This document shows, one piece after another, positions 45,971 through 55,996 of a stretch of 64,000 nucleotides of DNA. The DNA is from a virus. The stretch lies in IMG/VR virus record IMGVR_UViG_3300027967_000093, one strand, 5' to 3'. A program made the position numbers and the translations under genes. The notes beneath the pieces were generated by a model. It ran no database searches, had not been told where the DNA came from, and saw nothing but the letters and a program-made list of their open reading frames with translations. How positions within the stretch are numbered: position 1 is the first letter of the stretch; every line of letters starts with the position of its first letter.

Positions 45971-46750
45971 ATGTCTGATTTAAAGAAAACAGCGGAGGCA
46001 TATTTGCAAATGGTCTCTGAGAAAAAAGAAGTCGTATGTGAGAAGTGTGGTGAAGTCCACGAAGGTTCTTGCATGGACGAGAAGAAAGAACTCGACCCTG
46101 TAAATGATGCAGAGAACGATAAGAAGTTTAAAGACCGTAAAGACAAAGACATCGATAACGATGGAGATGTTGATTCTTCGGACGAGTTCCTGCACAAGAA
46201 ACGTGCCGCAACTGATGACGCGATTGACGGTGGTAAGAAACCTGCCAAGAACGTGAAGGAAGAGAAGGACGAAGAGGAAGAACCTAAGAAGAAAATGCCA
46301 CCCAAGAAAGATGGTGATGCAGACGAAGGTGAAACCGAAGCAGAAAAAGAAGACGATGACGCCGAAGCAGTTGAAGCAGACGGTGAAGGTGATGCAGAGA
46401 AACCTGTTAAGAAGAAAAAGAAGACTGATGAAAATCCTAAGACTTCTGACTCTACCGCAGAGATTTCTAAGATTGAATCTGTAAACGCCCGTGAAGCATT
46501 CATTGCGATGTGGTCTGAAATTGAAGAAGCTGTCAGGAGCAATCAGAAGAAAGGTGCAACTGAACCTGAGAAGATTGACTCTAAGGCATCTGGTAAAGAA
46601 AAAGAGTTTGTTGCAAAACATCCTGTTGACGCTAAAGACCACGATGAACTAGAAAAGGTTGAAGAACCTAAAGAACGCACAGTGAAGAAAGAGATGGCAG
46701 AGTTCGAAGTAATTCGTGCATTGTTGTCAGGAAAACCCACCGGAGAATAA
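45971..46750 (+). CDS. highly charged late protein with EF-hand-like loop
   Basis: CEKCG motif, DIDNDGDVDSSD, D/E/K low complexity. Confidence 0.7.
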   Translation: MSDLKKTAEAYLQMVSEKKEVVCEKCGEVHEGSCMDEKKELDPVNDAENDKKFKDRKDKDIDNDGDVDSSDEFLHKKRAATDDAIDGGKKPAKNVKEEKDEEEEPKKKMPPKKDGDADEGETEAEKEDDDAEAVEADGEGDAEKPVKKKKKTDENPKTSDSTAEISKIESVNAREAFIAMWSEIEEAVRSNQKKGATEPEKIDSKASGKEKEFVAKHPVDAKDHDELEKVEEPKERTVKKEMAEFEVIRALLSGKPTGE

Positions 46751-46753
46751 ATT

Positions 46754-47068
46754 ATGATTAAAGCACCTAAGTGGTGTTCACAGGCAGTTCCTTCACCTCG
46801 TGGTTGGGTTGACCCAATCACAGGTGAGTTGTTTGTGTCCAAACGTTTTACCCCCGAACAGATCGAAGAGTTTAATGGGGAGACTACTGAAGTTCTGGAA
46901 CAAATGTATGCAGAACCGGAAGTTGTTCCTCCTATGTTGCATGAAGCTCCTGTACACACGTCCCTAGAAGACATGACTAAGGTACAACTTATTGCACTCG
47001 CAGAACAACTGGGAGTTGATGTTAAGAAGAGTTCTACGAAGGCAGTATTAATAGAACAACTTTCTTAA
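46754..47068 (+). CDS. hypothetical protein with C-terminal Rho-N/HeH-like domain
   Basis: RGWVDPITGELFVS; LEDMTKVQLIALAEQLGV...TKAVLIEQL. Confidence 0.65.
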   Translation: MIKAPKWCSQAVPSPRGWVDPITGELFVSKRFTPEQIEEFNGETTEVLEQMYAEPEVVPPMLHEAPVHTSLEDMTKVQLIALAEQLGVDVKKSSTKAVLIEQLS

Positions 47069-47085
47069 TATAATTTCGGTATATT

Positions 47086-48009
47086 ATGAAATTTTATGTT
47101 TTAGTCTCGAGTTCTATTCAAGGACTCTATAGAAATTGTGTATCACTTCCAAGAAAAGATACGGTAGTTGTCATCAATACGATTGATGATAATTACCGCA
47201 ACTTGGCAGAAACCTACTGTAAAAAATTCAATATAGAATACTATATCACCGAGTCTGATGGTACCGCAGCCACAGGTAAGAATTCGGTCATAGACCTATT
47301 CCTTGCAAGTGACAATGAGTACATGGTACAGGTAGACGGTGATGACCTTATTACCCCCCATGGTATCAAGGTGTATACAGAACTCTCTAAGGTAGAAAGT
47401 CCCCCTGATATGGTGATACTATACCGACAACCTCAAATATCACTCAACCTCAACAACTTTGAATGGTTGTATAATGAATGGGATGGTAAGTTACAGTCAT
47501 TGTCTGATGCATGGGAGTTGAAATACCCATTCGACAAATCAGACCCCACTTATCTTCAACACACGAAATCGGTTCTATATCACTACTTCATAACTAAATG
47601 TACTCCAGATGAAGACCTCGCAAGACAGTGGGCGATAGATAGATTTGAGTTCAACGAACGGATGAACACATACGGTGAAGTGCGAGAGTATATGTGTAGG
47701 ATGGTATTCTACTCTAGGAAGGCAGCAGAACATGTTAGATTCAACAACAACTTAATGGTTGGAGAGGATACTATACAGTTCTTAAAAATGAAGAAACTTG
47801 CACTAGAGGGTAAACTCACTATCCTACGAAGGAAAGAGAGGGAGATACCCACATACCTATATACTAACGACCCGACACAGTTAACACAACGTTTCTATAA
47901 GAGTGGAAAAGACTGGTCGTGGATTAGGCCTTTTCTTATTGAGTTTGATAAGATAAAAGACGAATTAATTAAACACAAAAGTTTACCGGAATTCAAAGAC
48001 CCTGTATGA
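47086..48009 (+). CDS. GT-A glycosyltransferase-like protein
   Basis: SDGTAATGKN, YMVQVDGDD, VGED. Confidence 0.6.
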   Translation: MKFYVLVSSSIQGLYRNCVSLPRKDTVVVINTIDDNYRNLAETYCKKFNIEYYITESDGTAATGKNSVIDLFLASDNEYMVQVDGDDLITPHGIKVYTELSKVESPPDMVILYRQPQISLNLNNFEWLYNEWDGKLQSLSDAWELKYPFDKSDPTYLQHTKSVLYHYFITKCTPDEDLARQWAIDRFEFNERMNTYGEVREYMCRMVFYSRKAAEHVRFNNNLMVGEDTIQFLKMKKLALEGKLTILRRKEREIPTYLYTNDPTQLTQRFYKSGKDWSWIRPFLIEFDKIKDELIKHKSLPEFKDPV

Positions 48010-48371
48010 GTGATATCGAACTGAACCACAAAACCCTTTTACTGTTTGCAGCGAAGAACTATTATAATCCTACCTGCATAGACAGCGAAGAGTTTTTCAC
48101 TGACATGAAGAGGTTCAAGTATGTCAAGAGACTACTGAATCGTTATCGTGACACCGGAGAACTATCCGAAAGACTAATATTGAACCACTTGATTGTCATA
48201 TTCAATTGTTGGGGGTTCGAGTCAGGTATCGAGATGTTGGCACTCAAGATAGAACCTGAACTATGGTCTGCACTAAAACCGTTCCTTATATTCCTAAAAG
48301 CTATCCATCCAGATGAACTTACAGGTATAGAAATGGATAAATATGTAATAAACACACTGAGAGAAATTTGA
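48006..48371 (+). CDS. conserved T4-like phage hypothetical protein
   Basis: FAAKNYYNPTC...RFKYVKRLL...ERLILNHLIV. Confidence 0.75.
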   Translation: MSDIELNHKTLLLFAAKNYYNPTCIDSEEFFTDMKRFKYVKRLLNRYRDTGELSERLILNHLIVIFNCWGFESGIEMLALKIEPELWSALKPFLIFLKAIHPDELTGIEMDKYVINTLREI

Positions 48372-48970
48372 TGGGTATTTTAAAATCAGCAGCAGACCTC
48401 GTATATACGATACGATTTCTGAAACTACTCGTAACACCTTTTGATAAGACAGAGGCGTTCAAGGCGGGTATCATCGATGAAGATGGACAAAGGAATAAAG
48501 AGTTCGACCGTAATAGTGCGGACGACCGTGAAGCATATCGTTCACACTACACACCATTCCACCGTCTTGTTTTCAATATAAAACGTCTTATGGCGAAAGT
48601 TCCTGGCGGTCAATCTGTGGTTGCAAGATATGGTGCGGCTCTTGCACTAATCAAAGAACACGGTGAACTGTCAGATAAGAACCTAATGAAGATTCACGCC
48701 GAGACTGGTATCGATATCCTAGACTGTCTTGCAGAACAATCTCAGTGGTTCATGTTAGAAGGTAATCAATTGTCGCCAGGCGTGTACCGTATGCGCAATG
48801 AATCCATCACTACAGAGTGTGACGAGGTTATCTTTAAAGGTGACCAGATACGTATCACCGAAGAAAATTCTCTTCCCCGTGATGAAGTTTTAGGTCTAAG
48901 TGTGTACGAAGCAGTACATATTAAGACTCAAAAAAGACTATATATTACTACAGCTGAAATAACTAAATGA
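48371..48970 (+). CDS. conserved T4-like phage hypothetical protein
   Basis: DLVYTIRFLKLLVTPF...GIIDEDG...YTPFHRLVFNIKR. Confidence 0.75.
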   Translation: MGILKSAADLVYTIRFLKLLVTPFDKTEAFKAGIIDEDGQRNKEFDRNSADDREAYRSHYTPFHRLVFNIKRLMAKVPGGQSVVARYGAALALIKEHGELSDKNLMKIHAETGIDILDCLAEQSQWFMLEGNQLSPGVYRMRNESITTECDEVIFKGDQIRITEENSLPRDEVLGLSVYEAVHIKTQKRLYITTAEITK

Positions 48971-49551
48971 GTTTAGAACAGGAATATAAGACACTATTTC
49001 CAAATTTCAAACGAGGAATAGAAGGTCATTGTCTACTCACTGATGTTACCATTGAGTACGCAAAAGATATTCAAAGTATAGTCCAACCAAAGAACATGTT
49101 GGAAATTGGGTTTAATGCAGGTCACAGTGCATTTATGTGGTTGTCTCTATTTCCCGAGTTGAATTTCCATTCGGTCGATATATGTGAACACCCATATACC
49201 CTAGACCATATGAAAAAGTTAAAAGAAGTTTTTGGTGATAGATTTACGTATGGTAAAGGTGACTCCAAGAAACTAAACCGAGACTTTGTTAGTCAGTTTG
49301 ACTTGGTGTTTATTGACGGAGACCATACTAGAGAGGGTGTCACCAGTGACTATGAGTTGTGTCGTAGTGCAGGAACACCTTGGATTCTCATAGATGATTA
49401 TAATAATTTACGAGTACCAAGGAATTTATGTAACCACATAAGTTCTTCGGAAAACCATCCCTACACAGAAATAGGGAAATTCAAATACGATGACGCTACT
49501 CTAAAGACCGTAGCAGTACTGTTTAAAAGGAACGACAATGAAACCGTTTAA
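48967..49551 (+). CDS. class I SAM-dependent methyltransferase
   Basis: MLEIGFNAGHSA, GDS, VFIDGDH, IDD. Confidence 0.85.
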   Translation: MSLEQEYKTLFPNFKRGIEGHCLLTDVTIEYAKDIQSIVQPKNMLEIGFNAGHSAFMWLSLFPELNFHSVDICEHPYTLDHMKKLKEVFGDRFTYGKGDSKKLNRDFVSQFDLVFIDGDHTREGVTSDYELCRSAGTPWILIDDYNNLRVPRNLCNHISSSENHPYTEIGKFKYDDATLKTVAVLFKRNDNETV

Positions 49552-49711
49552 GAAGTTTGTTGATGAAATGACAGGAACCTCTGCGGTTGCAGGTGCAGGC
49601 GATGACTCTGAGACAGTCGTGATGCGCAAGAAATACGACAAGAAGAACAAACGTAAAGACCAAATTGATGTACTCAAAAGAATAATGGGTAATCCCTCCA
49701 AAAAGTCTTGA
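49538..49711 (+). CDS. small basic protein with capsid-targeting-like N-terminus (57 aa)
   Basis: Manual ORF MKPFKKFVDEMTGTSAVAG... Confidence 0.55.
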   Translation: MKPFKKFVDEMTGTSAVAGAGDDSETVVMRKKYDKKNKRKDQIDVLKRIMGNPSKKS

Positions 49712-49736
49712 CATTCGTCATGCACTTTGTTATACT
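49708..49736 (+). promoter_or_regulatory. sigma70-type promoter for the nrd operon
   Basis: TTGACA-17-TATACT. Confidence 0.75.
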
Positions 49737-49762
49737 TTCACTCTATTAAATAAGGACTCCAT

Positions 49763-50134
49763 ATGGACGTTTATCGCCATAGGGGATTACTTGTCTTTGT
49801 AATTCACGATGAAGAAGACATCCCCGAAGTTATTGAAACACAAGACTCAGTTGGACTGGCTGGTCTCGAAAAAAATAAAATTTTATATGTGTGTATGGAG
49901 GGGACGGATGATAAATACCTTCACCCCGAAAGGTTCTTGATTAAGAACCACGATGCGTCTCTGGTAAACCACTTCATGTGGGAAGGTCTGTTTACCCAAG
50001 ACCAACAAGATGAACGCATGTGGGAGATGATTAACCAGTTTATAGATACGGGTAAACAGTTTGTTATTGAGAACTACAAGTTTACAAAAGATGAACCATT
50101 TTACGATTACAGCGGTGGACGAGAAGACCTATAA
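49763..50134 (+). CDS. hypothetical protein
   Basis: AAGGA SD; TAATG-coupled to nrdA. Confidence 0.65.
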   Translation: MDVYRHRGLLVFVIHDEEDIPEVIETQDSVGLAGLEKNKILYVCMEGTDDKYLHPERFLIKNHDASLVNHFMWEGLFTQDQQDERMWEMINQFIDTGKQFVIENYKFTKDEPFYDYSGGREDL

Positions 50135-52101
50135 TGAAGATTGATAAAAAACTAGATAAATTATTAGAAGATTATGCGGTAGGAATGTTGAAAGACTTCT
50201 ACCTCACCAAAGAAGAAAAGTCACCCCAAGAAGGTTATGCACGTGCCGCAAAGGCATGGTCTGGCGGTGATGAAGAGTTAGCACAAAGACTGTATGATTA
50301 TGTCTCGAAGAAGTGGTTTATGTTTGCATCTCCGGTTCTGTCAAACGCACCAGATGATAATGGAAAAGGAAAGGGGATGCCTATCTCTTGTTTCCTTACC
50401 TATGTACCTGATACCCTAGAAGGACTAATAGAACACTCGTCAGAGTTACGTTGGTTGTCTGTAATGGGTGGTGGTGTAGGTGGTCACTGGTCAGACGTTC
50501 GTACAGTATCGGACATTGCTCCTGGCCCGATGCCTTTCATCCATACTGTGGATGCGGATATGATTGCATACCGTCAGGGTAAGACTCGCAAGGGTTCTTA
50601 TGCTGCATACCTCGATGTGTCTCATCCAGACATTATTGAGTTCTTGAATATGCGTATCCCTACAGGTGATGTACAACGCAAGGCATTGAACTTACACAAT
50701 GCAATTAATATCAGTGATGAGTTTATGTTGGCAGTGACCAACAACACTGACTTTGACCTACGTGACCCCAAGGATAACGCAGTCAAGGAAACTATCAATG
50801 CACGTAAACTATGGGAACGTATCATCGAGACTCGTTTCCGTACAGGTGAACCATACCTGAACTTCATTGATACTGCGAACCGTGACCTACCAGAACCACT
50901 GAAGAACTTGGGTCTGAAGATTCACGGATCAAACCTTTGTAATGAAATACACTTACCTACTAGTGCAGACCGTACTGCGGTATGTTGTTTGTCTTCTTTG
51001 AACTTGGAGTATTATGATGAATGGAAAGAAACTAATATCGTGCGTGACATTGTTCGGATGCTTGACAATGTGTTGGATTATTTTATCGAACATGCCCCCG
51101 ACTCTATCTCCCGTGCACGATATAGTGCTGAGCGAGAACGTTCGATTGGTCTAGGTGCGATGGGTTTCCACTCACTCCTACAGAAACATGGAGTCGCATG
51201 GGAATCGGATAAAGCACGTGAAATTAATGATGTTGTATTCAAACATATCAATGCAGAGGCAGTCGCAGAGACACAGTTCCTCGCACGGGTGCGCGGGTGT
51301 TACCCTGATGGTGAAGGGTATGGACGCAGGAATGCCCACCTGATTGCGATTGCACCTAATGCATCGTCTGGTGTTATTTTGAGTACAAGTCCTTCTATCG
51401 AACCATTGAAGGCAAATGCATATACACACCGTACACGTGCTGGTTCTTTCTTAGTGAAGAACAAATACCTCAACCAACTCCTTACCGAGAAGGGAGAGAA
51501 CAACGAGTCCAACTGGACTTCTATTATCACCAACAAAGGTTCGGTTCAACATCTACCGTTCCTTAGTGAAGGTGAGAAGTCTGTATTTAAGACTGCACAA
51601 GAGTTAGACCAAACTTGGGTAGTCCAACACGCGGCCGACCGTCAGAAGTATATCTGTCAAGGTCAGTCGGTGAACGTATTCTTCCCTGCTGGTGCACCTA
51701 AATCCTACGTGAACAAGGTTCATGTTAAGGCATGGAAGGAAGGTTTGAAAGGTCTGTACTATCTACGTACAGAAGCAAAACAACGTGCAGAGAATGTCTC
51801 TGAGAAAGTGGAACGTGTTGCACTTCAAGAAGATAATCGCACGATTGTATATGGTATACCAAACTGTCCGTTCTGTCAGTTAGCAAAAGACGAATTGACA
51901 CTACGTGGTGTACCGTTTGATTATATTGATTTGAAAGAGATTGGTAAGACTGCTGCAGAAGTGACTGGACGTAAGGTCAAGACTGTACCGCAGATTTATA
52001 TGCAAGGAAATTATGTAGGTGGTTATGAGGAACTTATGGCGTTCCTAGATAAGACCATTATAGAAACCGAAGATAACGAATGTCGAGCTTGTGAGGGATA
52101 A
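50134..52101 (+). CDS. nrdA: class I ribonucleotide reductase alpha subunit with fused glutaredoxin
   Basis: ISCF, SNLCNEI, AIAPNASS, LYYLR; CPFC...TVPQI...VGGY glutaredoxin; terminal CRACEG; no ATP cone. Confidence 0.95.
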   Translation: MKIDKKLDKLLEDYAVGMLKDFYLTKEEKSPQEGYARAAKAWSGGDEELAQRLYDYVSKKWFMFASPVLSNAPDDNGKGKGMPISCFLTYVPDTLEGLIEHSSELRWLSVMGGGVGGHWSDVRTVSDIAPGPMPFIHTVDADMIAYRQGKTRKGSYAAYLDVSHPDIIEFLNMRIPTGDVQRKALNLHNAINISDEFMLAVTNNTDFDLRDPKDNAVKETINARKLWERIIETRFRTGEPYLNFIDTANRDLPEPLKNLGLKIHGSNLCNEIHLPTSADRTAVCCLSSLNLEYYDEWKETNIVRDIVRMLDNVLDYFIEHAPDSISRARYSAERERSIGLGAMGFHSLLQKHGVAWESDKAREINDVVFKHINAEAVAETQFLARVRGCYPDGEGYGRRNAHLIAIAPNASSGVILSTSPSIEPLKANAYTHRTRAGSFLVKNKYLNQLLTEKGENNESNWTSIITNKGSVQHLPFLSEGEKSVFKTAQELDQTWVVQHAADRQKYICQGQSVNVFFPAGAPKSYVNKVHVKAWKEGLKGLYYLRTEAKQRAENVSEKVERVALQEDNRTIVYGIPNCPFCQLAKDELTLRGVPFDYIDLKEIGKTAAEVTGRKVKTVPQIYMQGNYVGGYEELMAFLDKTIIETEDNECRACEG

Positions 52102-53103
52102 ATGTCAGGACTACTAGAATTTAGCAAAACGTATAAACCGTTCCTCTACCCATGGGCGGTAGAACTAACAAAGAAACACGAAGAGGTTCACTGGGTCGAA
52201 GATGAAGCGGAATTGTCCGAAGACATCCAAGACTGGAAGACCAAACTAAGTGGAGAAGAAAAAGAGTTCATCACTCAGGTACTTCGACTGTTCACTCAGT
52301 CGGACGTACAGGTGGGAGAGAACTATCACGAACTATTGATACCTAAGTTCAAGAACAACGAGATACGTAATATGTTATCTTCGTTCGCGAACCGTGAAGG
52401 TGTACACCAACGTGCTTATGCATTGTTGAATGATACTCTGGGTCTACCAGACGAAGAACACCATGCGTTCCTTGAGTACAAGGAGATGGCAGACAAGATT
52501 GACTTTATGAAAGAGGGTAACATCAACTCTCACACAGGTCTTGCACTTGTACTTGCACAGTCTGTATTTAACGAAGGTATGTCATTGTTTGCGTCATTCG
52601 TGATGTTGTTGAACTTCCAACGTTTCGGTAAGATGAAAGGTATGGGTACCATTGTTGAGTGGTCTATTCGTGACGAGACTATACACGTACAGGGTAATGC
52701 GAAACTATTTCGTGAGTTCTGTGAAGAACATCCCCGTATCATAAACGATGAGTTGAAGTCTAAGATATATGAGATGGCCAAGAATGCGGTCAAACTCGAA
52801 GACCGATTCATCAAACTTGCGTACAAGTCTGGTGAGATTGAAGGTCTATCCGAAGAGGACGTGAAACAATACATCCGTCATATCGCAGACCGTAGACTAT
52901 TGCAGTTGGGTATGAAACCTAAGTTCGGTGTTAAGGATAATCCACTACCATGGTTGGACTGGGTATTGAATGGTGCATCACATGATAACTTCTTCGAGAA
53001 ACGTGTTACCGAGTACTCTGTAAATGGTATGGAAGGTGACTGGGGTTGGGACGATGAAGAACCACAGGTCTGTGGACTAGACGGTGTGGGGTGTGCTGCT
53101 TAA
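52102..53103 (+). CDS. nrdB: ribonucleotide reductase beta subunit
   Basis: FTQSD, EGVHQRAY, NEGMSLF, RDETIH, NFFEKRVTEY. Confidence 0.95.
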   Translation: MSGLLEFSKTYKPFLYPWAVELTKKHEEVHWVEDEAELSEDIQDWKTKLSGEEKEFITQVLRLFTQSDVQVGENYHELLIPKFKNNEIRNMLSSFANREGVHQRAYALLNDTLGLPDEEHHAFLEYKEMADKIDFMKEGNINSHTGLALVLAQSVFNEGMSLFASFVMLLNFQRFGKMKGMGTIVEWSIRDETIHVQGNAKLFREFCEEHPRIINDELKSKIYEMAKNAVKLEDRFIKLAYKSGEIEGLSEEDVKQYIRHIADRRLLQLGMKPKFGVKDNPLPWLDWVLNGASHDNFFEKRVTEYSVNGMEGDWGWDDEEPQVCGLDGVGCAA

Positions 53104-53249
53104 TGAATTCATACTATCACATTGAATGTCCTATCTGTGACATAATAACGACAGTACATGTACATTATGAAGAAGAAGAACCTCGTCATTGTCCTATGTG
53201 TGGTGAGGACATTGAGGCAGAGAGTCTTGAGGATGACGAAGAGGATTAG
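53103..53249 (+). CDS. small zinc-ribbon protein (48 aa)
   Basis: Manual ORF with CPIC...CPMCG; TAATG-coupled. Confidence 0.65.
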   Translation: MNSYYHIECPICDIITTVHVHYEEEEPRHCPMCGEDIEAESLEDDEED

Positions 53250-53303
53250 GTATTTGTATTATATATAAGTCATTAGACCCCTTAATGGCAGTTATATAAT
53301 ACA

Positions 53304-53759
53304 ATGTGGCATTATCAAAACGAAGAATACAATCCTCCCGAAGACGAACTCAGCGAATATGTTGGGTTCGTCTATCTTATTACAGAACGTGATACCGGAA
53401 AGAAATATGTCGGTAAGAAGTTCTTCTGGTCTGTACGCAGACTACCCCCACTGAAAGGTCAGAAACGGAAACGCAAGGTTACCAAACAATCTGACTGGAT
53501 GGACTACTATGGGTCATCCGAAGAACTCAAACTACTGGTAGAGAAGAAAGGTGGTGAAGCATACTACCGAGAGATACTACACCTCTGCAAAACCAAAGGT
53601 GAGTGTTCCTACCTTGAAGCCAAAGAACAATTCAACCGTGACGTTCTGTTACGGGACGACTACTACAATGCATTCATTGGATGTAAGATTCACGCAAAAC
53701 ACCTCCCCGAGACATTGAAACCAATCCGTGGGCCTGAACCATGGTACAATAGACCATAG
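53304..53759 (+). CDS. denA: GIY-YIG endonuclease, T4 endonuclease II-like
   Basis: GFVYLIT...KYVGKK, SDWMDYYGSS, REIL, YLE. Confidence 0.75.
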   Translation: MWHYQNEEYNPPEDELSEYVGFVYLITERDTGKKYVGKKFFWSVRRLPPLKGQKRKRKVTKQSDWMDYYGSSEELKLLVEKKGGEAYYREILHLCKTKGECSYLEAKEQFNRDVLLRDDYYNAFIGCKIHAKHLPETLKPIRGPEPWYNRP

Positions 53760-53796
53760 TTATACCCACTATTCATGAAATAAATGTAAATAAGTG

Positions 53797-53825
53797 TTGA
53801 CTTCTTGTTATGATTATGAGATAAT
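53797..53825 (+). promoter_or_regulatory. phage early promoter, copy 7
   Basis: TTGACTTCTTGTTATGATTATGAGATAAT. Confidence 0.85.
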
Positions 53826-53858
53826 ACTTGTACAAATTGAGTTGAGAGAGAATATATT

Positions 53859-54065
53859 ATGTGTGGTGGATATACTGGTGAGTTTGGCGAGTTAGATGAG
53901 ATTAACATGATTGCGGAACAAGAAGAACGCGAGAACGAACTCGCCATCCTTTGGAATGACCTCGCTATGTTGATTGATGCTGAGGAGTGTTACAACGAGA
54001 CGTACTACAATTCAGAGTACAAGAGAATGGTTAATCGTATAAATGAAATCAGAGGTGCAATATAA
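53859..54065 (+). CDS. early hypothetical protein
   Basis: Follows promoter and GAGAGAG leader. Confidence 0.65.
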   Translation: MCGGYTGEFGELDEINMIAEQEERENELAILWNDLAMLIDAEECYNETYYNSEYKRMVNRINEIRGAI

Positions 54066-54358
54066 TGTTGAAATTTGAGAATGTAGCAAATGTTGGTGAC
54101 GTGATTAAAGCGTTTGATTTCCAACCAATGGAAGGTCGTGATGATATGTACATTATCGGTCGTGTCATCGAGAAAGGCCCAATGTATGCAGATATGGATG
54201 GTCGTCAGATATACGTCTGTGAGGGTTATAAGGTCTTCGTTAAAGACTCTCGTAGTGGTTCGGAGAGTTACGATATGGACAGAATTGGGACAGAGATGAT
54301 GGTTCCATTCGAGATGAGTATAACCGAGTTTGATAATCGAGTTGAGGTGATTGTATAA
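54065..54358 (+). CDS. hypothetical protein
   Basis: VGDVIKAFDF; TAATG-coupled. Confidence 0.7.
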   Translation: MLKFENVANVGDVIKAFDFQPMEGRDDMYIIGRVIEKGPMYADMDGRQIYVCEGYKVFVKDSRSGSESYDMDRIGTEMMVPFEMSITEFDNRVEVIV

Positions 54359-54582
54359 TGTTGACTACCCAAGAAGATATATTACGAGCGTTGGTGGTTG
54401 GATTGTTTGGAGCGATAGTTCTGGTTGTCGCGGTTAGTTGTGTAGATAGTGTTCTGGATCAACCAGACGTGCACTTCAGTAATTCTACTGGCGAGTGCGT
54501 TAAGGTTCTGAACTACGCAGAGGGTGACCTATACTCCTGTGACGATATGCCAAAACGTTATAACCACGTGTGGGTTCAATAA
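54358..54582 (+). CDS. membrane-anchored hypothetical protein
   Basis: N-terminal TM; PDVHFS.STGECV...C...WV. Confidence 0.65.
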   Translation: MLTTQEDILRALVVGLFGAIVLVVAVSCVDSVLDQPDVHFSNSTGECVKVLNYAEGDLYSCDDMPKRYNHVWVQ

Positions 54583-54613
54583 CAAAATGTTCTAAAAAAA
54601 GTTAAAAAAAGTG

Positions 54614-54642
54614 TTGCATTATTGTTTTGGTTATGAGATAAT
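54614..54642 (+). promoter_or_regulatory. phage early promoter, copy 8
   Basis: TTGCATTATTGTTTTGGTTATGAGATAAT. Confidence 0.75.
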
Positions 54643-54696
54643 ACTTGTGTTGGTTGGGGAGAGTCCCCGTTGTTTTTACTTTGAAGAGACTATATT

Positions 54697-55254
54697 ATGA
54701 AAAATGAAATGATTGAATTGTTTGCGAAACACGACCTTATTCTTACAATTGACGAAGAACGTTTGATTGCCAAGTGTGACCGTGTTGCTCCTCGTGCTCG
54801 TCTTGGTTTCAAGAATGAGTACCACGTTCGTTACCGTACTATTGAACGTATGTACGAAGCGCAACAAGAGTTCATTGATGACCGTCTTGCCACTATCGAA
54901 TTTCGTGCCAAAGCGAAAGAAGGACGCAAAGTGAGAGCGGCAGAACTTGCCAACAACGTTAAGGTCGGTGACTTGTTCGTTGACTCTTGGGGTTGGGAAC
55001 AGACTCAAGTTGATTGTTACCAAGTTGTTGCGAAACCTACAGCGAAAACTGTAATTGTCCGTGAGATTGCCACCGAAACTGTTGAAGGTAGTGAAGGAAT
55101 GATGTGTCAAAATGTTCGTGCGGTTCCTAACGCTTTCATCGGTGAAGAGATGAAGAAACGAATCGACAACTACGGTGGGTTCAAGACTTCTTCTTTCTCT
55201 AGTGCTCGTCCTACTACTGCTGAGAAAGAACACTACAACAGCTGGTACTACTAA
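54697..55254 (+). CDS. early hypothetical protein
   Basis: KVGDLFVDSWGWEQT...YQVV. Confidence 0.75.
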   Translation: MKNEMIELFAKHDLILTIDEERLIAKCDRVAPRARLGFKNEYHVRYRTIERMYEAQQEFIDDRLATIEFRAKAKEGRKVRAAELANNVKVGDLFVDSWGWEQTQVDCYQVVAKPTAKTVIVREIATETVEGSEGMMCQNVRAVPNAFIGEEMKKRIDNYGGFKTSSFSSARPTTAEKEHYNSWYY

Positions 55255-55263
55255 GGAGATATT

Positions 55264-55404
55264 ATGAGCGACTATGTTTACTACTTGGAAGAAGACGGAG
55301 AGTTTCTTCCTGAAATGATCTTTGAGACTGAAGAAGAAGCCATAGAGTTTGCAGAAGCAACGGCGATGAAGAACTACAAAGTTATTGAGTGGGACGTTGA
55401 TTGA
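55264..55404 (+). CDS. small acidic protein (46 aa)
   Basis: AAGGAG SD; FETEEEAIEFA. Confidence 0.6.
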   Translation: MSDYVYYLEEDGEFLPEMIFETEEEAIEFAEATAMKNYKVIEWDVD

Positions 55405-55448
55405 CGTAAATTGGTAATGATTCCTGTGGCAATACGTCCCACATTTGT

Positions 55449-55473
55449 CCCCCAAGAAATTGGGGGTTTTTTT
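55449..55473 (+). terminator. rho-independent terminator
   Basis: CCCCCAA-GAAA-TTGGGGG plus T7. Confidence 0.85.
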
Positions 55474-55528
55474 ACATATACATATTAGTAGAAATCCTAA
55501 AATCCCTATATACTAATAGAAAGGCGAA

Positions 55529-55969
55529 ATGAATATGGCATACACTATTACTAAACAAATTCACGAAATTCTCAAAGAGTTTGAGAGTCAGACGACTAGG
55601 TCAACTAGAAAGGAAGTACTTCTGAAGTACAAAGACGTTCCTGCCCTTCTCGATGTACTACGTGGTACATTCGATGAATCTCTACGATTCACCCTCCCAG
55701 AGGGTACACCCCCTTATACTCCAAATAAAGAAGAATCCGTTCCGAGTTCTCTGTTGAAGAAGAACCGTGATTTTGGGTACTTTGTAAAAGGTGGGCCAGG
55801 CGATAGACTCCCTAATTATAAGGTCGAGTCGATGTTCATCAAACTTCTGGAATCTATTCATGCCGAAGATGCAAAAATAGTTTTATCCATGGTGGCTAAA
55901 AAGTCACCCGTCAAAAACCTAACCAAAAAACTAGTACAGGAGGCCTTCCCCAATCTAATTAAAACCTAA
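55529..55969 (+). CDS. conserved T4-like phage hypothetical protein
   Basis: LPEGTPPY...FVKGG...ESMFIKLLESIH. Confidence 0.75.
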   Translation: MNMAYTITKQIHEILKEFESQTTRSTRKEVLLKYKDVPALLDVLRGTFDESLRFTLPEGTPPYTPNKEESVPSSLLKKNRDFGYFVKGGPGDRLPNYKVESMFIKLLESIHAEDAKIVLSMVAKKSPVKNLTKKLVQEAFPNLIKT

Positions 55970-55996
55970 CTTCCATTTTAAAGTAAAGGAGAGTTG

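Noticed and set aside
45943-46974. Long minus-strand ORFs (199, 220 and 143 aa)
   Set aside because: They are antisense shadows of a low-complexity D/E/K-rich plus-strand gene (poly-Ser/Phe products) with no RBS support.
10267-53103. Introns or inteins in gp43, gp41, uvsX, thyX, nrdA or nrdB
   Set aside because: All are continuous ORFs of ordinary length, with no intein splice motifs or intervening sequences seen.
53304-53759. GIY-YIG protein as a mobile homing endonuclease
   Set aside because: It is short, has no C-terminal DNA-binding repeats, and its motifs and position next to nrdB fit T4 endonuclease II (denA).
54676-55455. 259-aa minus-strand ORF
   Set aside because: It is antisense to two well-formed plus-strand genes that have a promoter, SD and terminator, and it has no recognisable motifs.
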